This document shows, in pieces, positions 52,088 through 64,000 of a stretch of DNA of 64,000 nt (positions are counted from its first letter, which is position 1; every line of letters starts with the position of its first letter). The notes beneath the pieces are model-generated. The model saw only the letters and a list, made by a program, of their open reading frames with translations, ran no database searches and had not been told where the DNA came from. The stretch covers positions 26,694,150-26,758,149 of the forward strand of contig NC_134026.1 of NCBI RefSeq assembly GCF_964204645.1, written 5' to 3'. The position numbers and the translations under genes were made by a program. Source of the stretch: Tubulanus polymorphus. Its lineage: Eukaryota; Animalia; Nemertea.

Positions 52088-53128
52088 CCACCAATGCTCT
52101 ATCAATTGTCCATCCATTTTATAGCAGTTTATCTTTATCTGTATTAATGTATCAATATATTTTAGTTAAGTCAATACCGGTAGTTAAGTTCATTTCATAT
52201 TAATAGCTCAAAAAGGTATGGCAAATGCAGAGGCACTTCTATGAGGTGGTCTCGGGGATTCCAGACCCCTGCCTTCCCAAAGAGGTTTGCCATTTCAAGA
52301 CAGATATACCGGTAGTTTAAGTGACACTCATCCTCTCGGAATTCTTATCTTTAGAAAGTGTTTCTTTAGAAATAGTGGCCTTTGACATGGTTGCTTGCAG
52401 AGAAATACAATTCGTTTCCTTCTGGACCCCGGCCTTCCAATTTCCCTAGATCCTTTTCCTGGGGAGGTTTGCCTGTATAGTCCTGGATACACCCAAAAAT
52501 AATTCAAAGCAATCCACAATATAAAAATGAATAAAAATTTATTTGCCGACTTTTACAACAAAATGCAGATAGCTCCTTTATGTTCATCGTTGCTACAACT
52601 TCAAAATCTGAAAAATAACAAGACAATCGTTCTGCCCACTACAGAGCTTACAGAGGTTAGTCTCACAAGTATTCACCATTTCCTATATCAAGTAACATTT
52701 GCTTACTTACCTTATTGAATTAGAAAAAATTAAATTACTACCATTTCAGTATTTCGCTTCTCAACCTTTTATTACAAAAGACAAATGCAAAACATTATTT
52801 CTACAATTTGTATGTTTTTGAATTCACACCCTCTGAACTCTGATGCTGAATCAAATAGTTTTGTTCAGAGTAATCCAAGTGTATAAGTGTGGTATCATAG
52901 TTTTTATCAGTCTTAATATTAGATACAAAGTTAATACATGGAGCAGCTCTGGTATATGCAGTACATGGACTTGAATTGCTGAAAAAGTAAAACACTGAAT
53001 TCATAAGATGATCCAGAGACTTGGTTTCACGCGGGGACACCATATTCGCAAGTTATAGATCACAGTATCTATAACTTCTATGATGAAACGATTGAAATTT
53101 TCAGAGTCTATTCCACAGATAATTTTCA

Positions 53129-54734
53129 CTACATATTGCTTTCATATTCCATTTCTTCATCATCTGAAACGATTGAAAGCAAATTCATTAATTGATCAAA
53201 ATTCGGTAATACAAAACATAAATCAATGGATACCGGCAAGGCTACCAGGGGAGCACTGCATTCAGTGATAATCCGCCAGGATCGCTAGTGGCATCGGGTT
53301 GCCGCGCTTCAATTTTTTTCTGTATTTCAATTAAATTGGAATCAACTTAATCGATTTTCAGTGAAATCAATAACATACACTGAGTGAGAAAGGGAATGTA
53401 ACATCCGATAACAATTACCGTAATTTGACAATTTTCAGATTTGGAAGCCTAAAAATCAAGTTCAAATTTCATTGAAAATCAATTAATTTTCACTACGAAT
53501 AACTCGGTGTTGTGTTGCGCCATCTGTTGTTGCTGGTATCACATTGTTCAATATTATCTTCACTAACCTGCATGTCTGTTAAATGATGCTGATCCATTTG
53601 TGTGACTGCCGGGTACCTGACCAGATCGCAGCAGTTGTGTCAATCGTTCCACTTCTTCCAATGTCGTAGCATTAGCTATAGCATGTTTAATAGCACTGAT
53701 TTCTTCCTCTGATGGCCCAGTTTGTATTTCTGGTTGCTTCTTCTCTTGAATTGTGGCTCCAGGAACAAACGTCTTTGTTTTCTTAACAATATCTTGCACA
53801 AGTTTCTGACCGCGTTTTCCTTTGAACATCTGAGTTGCTGCTTCTCTTTCCTTCAAAAACAAAGCAAATTTCTCAAGAAACTTGGAAACATATTTTCGTA
53901 GCTTACAGTGGAATATAAACTGTACTTACCTTCATTTTTATCTTCCGGAAATCCAACAGCCTTAATTGTGGTAATTTATGTATCACGTACAATCTGTAAT
54001 GTTTCTTAGTTGACACTGGATTTCGCATTAAACTAAAATAACATACAACATTAATGGAACATATAATGACATGGAAAATATACATTTCATTCGTAGTTAT
54101 ATAAACCTTAGAGAGCTGAGTGTTTTTACTGTTGATAACACATCTATATCTCCCAGCTCTTGAATGTTGTTATTCGTGAGAATTATTGAATCAAGATGTG
54201 GCAAACATTCTTCCAAATTTTCACCGATTCGACTGAAAAAAGTCACAACATCTAGAGAACGATATGAAGCATTTCCGACAATGAAGCGATATAATATGCA
54301 TGATACATACACAACTCTGTTATTATTCAGCAGAACCGTTTTGAGTCGGTTGAGGAGTGGAAAACCATCTACTTTTCTGATATCATTATCTGACAAGTCT
54401 ATAGTATCGAATTGATCCTGTAAATGAAAATGAAAGAAGTCGATCAATTGACTTGTCAGCATTTTTTACTACATCGCAATCATAAATACAGAGTGAATAC
54501 ATACAAGCGTCGCTCCTAGATTTTCAATCACTGGAATTTTGTATCCTGAAATGACAATAATAAGCGTCATCGAAGTAATGTTAAATCGGTTTCGTTCAGT
54601 AATTAGTGCAACCGAAAACAATAACCGGCCGCGTTAGCTGGTCGAATCTTACCTCGTAAATCAAGTTCCCGGTCTCTGACTGGATTTGTGAATTGAGCAG
54701 ATTGTTCAATCAATTCAGGAGTTAATTTAACCAT
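53129..54734 (-). CDS. SNRPA1: U2 snRNP protein A' (leucine-rich repeat)
   Basis: MVKLTPELIEQSAQFTNPVRDRELDLRGYKIPVIENLGATLDQFDTIDLSDNDIRKVDGFPLLNRLKTVLLNNNR...HYRLYVIHKLPQLRLLDFRKIK...AIANATTLEEVERL; last coding exon 53163-53129 (DDEEMEYESNM*). Confidence 0.97.
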
Positions 54735-55232
54735 CGTGGAATATATCTAGTTGCCTTTTTAGTGCTGTTATTTCGTTCTGAAAACGCGCCGTGTTGTTCG
54801 GTGCGTGCACAATTCAAATCTTCTTTATTGCGTATCTACAGTGCTGCCATCTAGATAACACTATAATCGGTAACTAGACTTAAATTGGACTGGATTGGCA
54901 AACTAATGGATCAATATTCTCACAAATTAGTGTGTTTATAGCCTATTGGAAGGACAAAAATGCTTCACCTGCGTCTTATTTAATAAAGCTTGGTTAAGCG
55001 CATAGTTGATAGTGTCTGAAAATAGGTGTTAAGATCCAATATAAGGCAATAAAGCGTTGTTATACCCTTACTTTTTTTCCTAGGGGAGATTAGGCCTAGT
55101 GTGAAATCTATTTGGTAATCTTTTTCTTGTCAAAACTGAGATAATTGTCAGGCTTTCTTCCAAAGAACTTAAGTTTAGTAGAAATTTGCATGTATTTCCA
55201 GTTTTTTACACGGACACCTCAATTAGAAAAAG

Positions 55233-56737
55233 ATGATCCGTCGAATGAGAAATTATAGCGAAAGCAAGATGATTCAAAATCCTCACCTTCAGATACCAAC
55301 ATTGAAATGTACACTATGGACAGCTGTGGATTTACTGTTGATTTTGATTAGTAGGTTTTTCTTTGTTTATCAAAGTGTAATATATTTGCTGTTACCAAAA
55401 CATAAGTTTGATACCTCTGGCAATTCAGGTATATCCCCAATTATAGGTCAATCAAATTTATAAAGCTTAGCACCAACCATAGGTTGCTAACTAGTTTCTC
55501 ATCAGTGCTCTGGTATTATTCCTCATTTCCTACTATGTTCTTTTTCAGTGTTGTTGCTTCTGGCAGCCCTTGTTAATTGGACTACTATTGGCACAGTCGA
55601 CTTCCCATGTCAAAATCGTCAGAATTTACAGTATCCTTACATGGGAGATACAGTATCGCATTCATTGTTGTACGTAGTTGGATCTGTTGTCCCTGTTACG
55701 TTTGTAAGTGTTGTTGTATCGATTTGAAATTCCATCCAATTATTTGGATGCAGAAAATGCAATGTCAATGAATGATCAATTTCTTTTAAAGTTTTATGTC
55801 ACAGAATTAGCATCTGAATCTCACAGAGCGAGTAAAGATTATATTTGTGTCAGTTTAACTGAAGTTATACGAGTGACTGTATTATACACATTTGGTGCGG
55901 CTGTGACATTGATTTTTACTCATATTGGAAAAGTGAGTACGATGCGATTGCAACCAAATTTTCTGGCTACATGCAAACCAAACATTACCTTCTCAAATTG
56001 TACTAAAGGGTATGTATGTTTGTTGCAAGTTACTGTAATGTTGGTCAATTTATTTGGATCCATCTCATATTGTATTGTTTATTTATCTGTCTTTTAGGTT
56101 TACAAATCTAAGTATCGACAATTGTCAAAATAAGCAAGTCTACGCTTGGGAAATAAAATCTTCCTTTTGTTCATTTCCATCCGTGCATGCCGCACTTTCT
56201 GCTTACTCTATGGTGTATTTGGTTGTACGTATTAAGAGCATTCTGTAAATAGGAACTGCACACAAACCAGATGCTAAATTTTTTTTAAATTTTGTCTTTG
56301 TAGATATATCTTCAGGCTAGATTAAAGGTGACTTTTTCAGTCCTGTTCTGTCCCCTCCTGCAAGCTGGAGCAATATGCGTTGCGTACTATATTGCACTGA
56401 CAAGAATATCAGACTACAAACATCACTGGGTGGATGTCATTGCTGGTAGTTTTTTAGGAATATTGCTTGGAGTCTATGTGGTAAATTTGATGTTTTTCTT
56501 CATTTATTAGGTGAAACAATTTTTTTCTGTTTCAATCATTCCAATAAAATATTTATATTTTAACAGGCTGTCAAAGTAACCAACCTTTTTTACAAGAAAA
56601 CTAAAGCAGAAACCAAGACATCGAAATCTGTGGCAGTGTCGACGAATACAAGAAAAATGGGTAGTTCTATAGAAATAGGCGAGCATACACATCTGTTTGA
56701 TACTGTTGAATCACTGGAAGTTGAACATCCAGTTTAG
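55233..56737 (+). CDS. PAP2-family lipid phosphate phosphatase-like (PLPP/PLPPR-like) membrane protein
   Basis: Six exons; FPCQNRQNLQYPYMGDTVS, C1 KVSTMRLQPNFLATCKP, C2 SFPSVH, C3 TRISDYKHHWVDVIAG; multiple transmembrane segments; ends EHPV*. Start codon uncertain (several in-frame ATGs). Confidence 0.88.
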
Positions 56738-57251
56738 ATTTAAGATATATTGTCTCAACTAATAGAAATATGTAATCTAAATGTACAAACGGTATATTCT
56801 GGTTGTACACAATGTATAGTTGCTTTTTATATATGTAAGTTAATACATCATCAGGTTATTACGTGTATTATGAAAATCAGTCTGAACAGTGTGGGGTACT
56901 CATACGATATATATCTGTGTATTTTATCTTTCATTTTGGTGTAATTGATTTAATGGAAATAAGTATTATAAATATCGTTGTTTTTATTGCTGGAAATGTT
57001 TTGAAAATCAAAAATAATATTGTTTTAAAGTGTTATGTATAGTGTTGTATCGCATGTATTTGTATTTTAATAGGAAGGTGCTATCAATGATTAAATATAA
57101 TGGATGCATTTTATGTTGTACACTTAGTTGATTACACAAGAAAGTATTATATACATATATGGATTATTTCTTGTTTTAAATTATACTCATGGATTCCACA
57201 TTCAAAATTCAAGATTTCCACTTTTTCCAGATTACACAAAATAGTGAAGTA

Positions 57252-57427
57252 CAGTTAACCCCCGATATACTGCCCTCCTATATACCGCCACCCCTGCCTA
57301 CTGCCAGGTTTTCTCAATGTACATCTCAATATAAATACATAGTAAAACACCCTCGATATACCGCCATACTCCCTTTACCGCCAAAATCGTTCTGCACCGA
57401 TGTGGGCGGCATATCGGGGGCCAACTA
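57252..57427. mobile_element. Tc1/mariner(pogo/Tigger)-like MITE
   Basis: TA|CAGTTAACCCCCGATATACTGCC ... GGCGGCATATCGGGGGCCAACTA imperfect TIRs; internal repeated TACCGCC/TACTGCC motifs; GC-rich against the AT-rich flanks. Confidence 0.7.
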
Positions 57428-58155
57428 TTTCATATTTGATGAAGCTTCAAACTTCACGGTGACGAGTTGGGGCCCAGGATGAAAGCCATGTCCAATCTTC
57501 AACTACCGGTATCATTTTCTTTACTCTGTTCACACAGATCTTACCTAGATGATCAAATCAATATCCGTAGAACAGGAAAAACCCATGAAGAAGTCAATTT
57601 ACTCAAGGTGTGTATTTATTTGACTTTAAAACTAACACTAGAACACGGCAAAATACATATTAGATATATTAGATACAGTTATCACATCAGATGGGAAGAT
57701 AAAGTAAATAGTTGATTAAAACATAAGCAGGATACAAGAGCAATAAATAAATGTAAAAAATATATTTTTCAGTTATATTTCTAATCTACTCATATAAGTA
57801 CTACAATTGCATCACTGACTTTAACCTAAGAAAATAACACCCATGCTTTATATTTAGCATACATGGTAAACTGAATGAATACTGATATAGATCATGTTTT
57901 AAAACAGCATGTATTCTATACATACAATTAACCGGTAGCTGCATGAGAAATACTTCAGGCACAGCCTGATCCCTGATCCAGATTTGAATTTCATAATGGA
58001 AAGTCAGTAAATATTATATATATCATTATTGGTATTTCTAACACCTTGAGCGTTAAGCCATTTTATTGTTCATCCAGAATCATTCTTTCAGCGCAATTAA
58101 TGAATGAAAGCACGTAGAAAGTACACATCCTTATTGAGCACGTACAGTCAATCAT

Positions 58156-61357
<3,202 letters not shown>

Positions 61358-61749
61358 CGCGCAGACCCGGAAATGAAGGAAGGGGTGTGTGGCTATGGCC
61401 TAATGCCAGTCACTAAATCCTGATTTGAACGTTGCGATCAAATGAATCTATCAGGCTCGAATCCCACGTAAATCATCTACCTGGCTGGTCGTTCAGTGAA
61501 GGGAAGAGTTGAAGGTTTTGCTGCTGTTTTTGTTTCGAATTACAGAAAACATTACGTTTCATAGCTGCACTTCCTTCCAAACAAGTCATCTTTTGCAGCT
61601 GTTCGACGCCGACGGTACACACCAGCGCGTCATGGAAACGTCCAGGTCGTAGGGTTGCCATGCATAAGAAAAATCCATCAATTGTCATTCATATATATAT
61701 TAAGTGTATAATAAGTTGTAAGCTTATTTATTTCTATACCAATTCAAGT
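61358..61749. promoter_or_regulatory. Divergent promoter region CTH / CCDC169 with partial X-box motifs
   Basis: Start codons 392 bp apart; CATGGAAAC (~61631) and GTTGCCATG (~61654) lie on the CCDC169 side. Confidence 0.5.
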
Positions 61750-62717
61750 ATGGAAGACTTCGATGAATTGCAATTACGGGTTCAAAAAGGGCGTGAAAAG
61801 TTGAGTATAATAAGAGAATCAATCAATAGATGGAAATTGAATAATGCAGAAATTGAAAAACAAATTGTGCTTATTCCCGAGGACGAGAACGAATGGAAAG
61901 CTAGGTGAAACATAATTCTGTGCATGTCACGGTTTCTTTTTGAAGTTCAATAACTGTGGTTTGACTTTTGTTTGTAAATGAAGGTATGCAAATCAGTTGG
62001 AATATAATAACTTTCTACGAGATCAGTTGTCAACAGTAGATGAACTGATCAAAGAGGAAAGAAAACACATCAAAGAGCACGCTCCATCAAACTTCATAGA
62101 TCTCAACGATACGGAATTAAAGAAAGAAATAATCAGACTAAACAGGGAGAAAAACAGCTTGGAAAGTAATGGAAAATGATTCAGTAATATCTGGGGTTCA
62201 ATTCGCACAATGAAATAAACAATAATCATTAGATAGTTTCACATTACAATTTAAGGATATCTAATTCGTGTAAATTCTCAAAAATTACGTAAACATTTCA
62301 GGCCAATTAAAAGATTACGTTTGGCGAACAGATCAAGAATCGAAAACATTTCACAGAATCGACGAAAAACGTCGTGAGATGCTAATAGATGTTTCAACGG
62401 CCAGGCTTTCAGCATTCGAAAGCGAACTTAATGAAAGTTTAGAGGCTGAATCACGTGCTTTACGGAATATCGAGAGGAATTTCACGATAAAACACCAGCA
62501 TAATGCAAGCGTTGGTAGCGGCCAAGGTAGCAGTCGAAGAATGTCGATGCATCAGCAACCCGCAAATACCAGACGATCCAGTGTCACTGGTTACGCCGCC
62601 AGAGCACAAAAATACGGTTTACGTAATATTCCATCCCATAAAAGAATCTTCGATCCAAGTATGGGTCCGGTGAGACAAGAGGTGATGAAAACTCTCCCAA
62701 AATTGAAGAATGATTAA
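61750..62717 (+). CDS. CCDC169: Coiled-coil domain-containing protein 169-like
   Basis: Exons 61750-61904, 61984-62165 and 62302-62717: NEWKARYANQLEYN, EKNSLESQLKDYVWRTDQESKTFH and C-terminal RIFDPSMGPV...LPKL match recalled CCDC169 motifs (EWKTRYETQLELN, LEQESKAY). Confidence 0.78.
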
Positions 62718-63400
62718 ATTGGTTGCAAAATCATCGATTTATTAAGAGTTTCATAAAATCAAGATCTATATATATATATATATTCTGATTGATAATATAT
62801 TTTTCATCTCAAGAATGCGTATACCGATACGTTTCTTCTCACATGGACTATAAAACGATTTAGAGTCCATCGTTTTCATAAGGAATCCTATTCGACTTAA
62901 CTCAATTATCTTGCCCCCCGAATTGCATAATCTACGTGAATGCATTCTTGTTATTTATCGCGTATTATGGCTTAGTGTAAATATATATAAGTTCCAGGAG
63001 ACATCAACCCAAGGAAACAATTTGCAGACTGCTTTGTATGACATGTTCCATTCAAACCAGTACTTCGTCTTAGTACCTGAAGTAGTTAAACGAAAAATAC
63101 GTCATAGCTATGATAAATTTAACCAACATTCAGGATATTATGAATACATGGCGATTACGAATGTCTTTTTGAAACATTAAATCGAAAAAAGCTTATCATT
63201 GGCTTGTACATGATATCTAGTCATCGTACATAATTCGATTAAAAAGCCATACACACGCTACCAAATTATGCCTGATTATTAAGTGCTAAATTCATATATA
63301 TATACAAAGCAAATGTCGTAGCAGTTAAAGTCAATTCTTTAGTGCTGAGTTATCCACCAGAAGCAGCAAACGAGTCTGTTTAAGCTTGGTTACGTGTAAG

Positions 63401-64000
<600 letters not shown>

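Noticed and set aside
53533-53567. 35-nt intron giving an alternative SNRPA1 C-terminus
   Set aside because: Too short, and the exon at 53163-53129 gives the expected acidic tail.

Overview
Eukaryotic, AT-rich, gene-dense animal DNA with mostly 65-110 nt GT-AG introns; it looks like a compact-genome invertebrate, possibly a spiralian (inference only). Most entries in the ORF track are exon fragments or noise, so genes were rebuilt by hand from splice signals. Order: an FMRFamide-receptor-like GPCR (-, truncated by the window start) inside a >13.9 kb intron of VPS53 (+, last three exons only), PGAM5 (+), a ~24.5 kb RIMBP2-family gene (+), SMARCB1 (-), NDUFB7 (-), NEK8 (+), SNRPA1/U2A' (-), a PAP2/PLPP-like gene (+), CTH (-), CCDC169 (+) and the 3' end of a Src-family kinase (-). 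The best candidate for an undescribed system is a tandemly duplicated, apparently mutually exclusive exon pair covering part of the PGAM5 catalytic pocket. Other notable signals: an AT-AC U12-type intron in NEK8, a 21-nt microexon in SMARCB1, a structured element and a putative 3'UTR intron in the U2A' gene, a GC-AG intron and alternative ends in RIMBP2, degenerate catalytic motifs in the PLPP gene, and a DNA transposon with a 6-bp TSD. No prokaryotic features, tRNA or rRNA were seen. Gene names come from recalled motif similarity, not from database searches.
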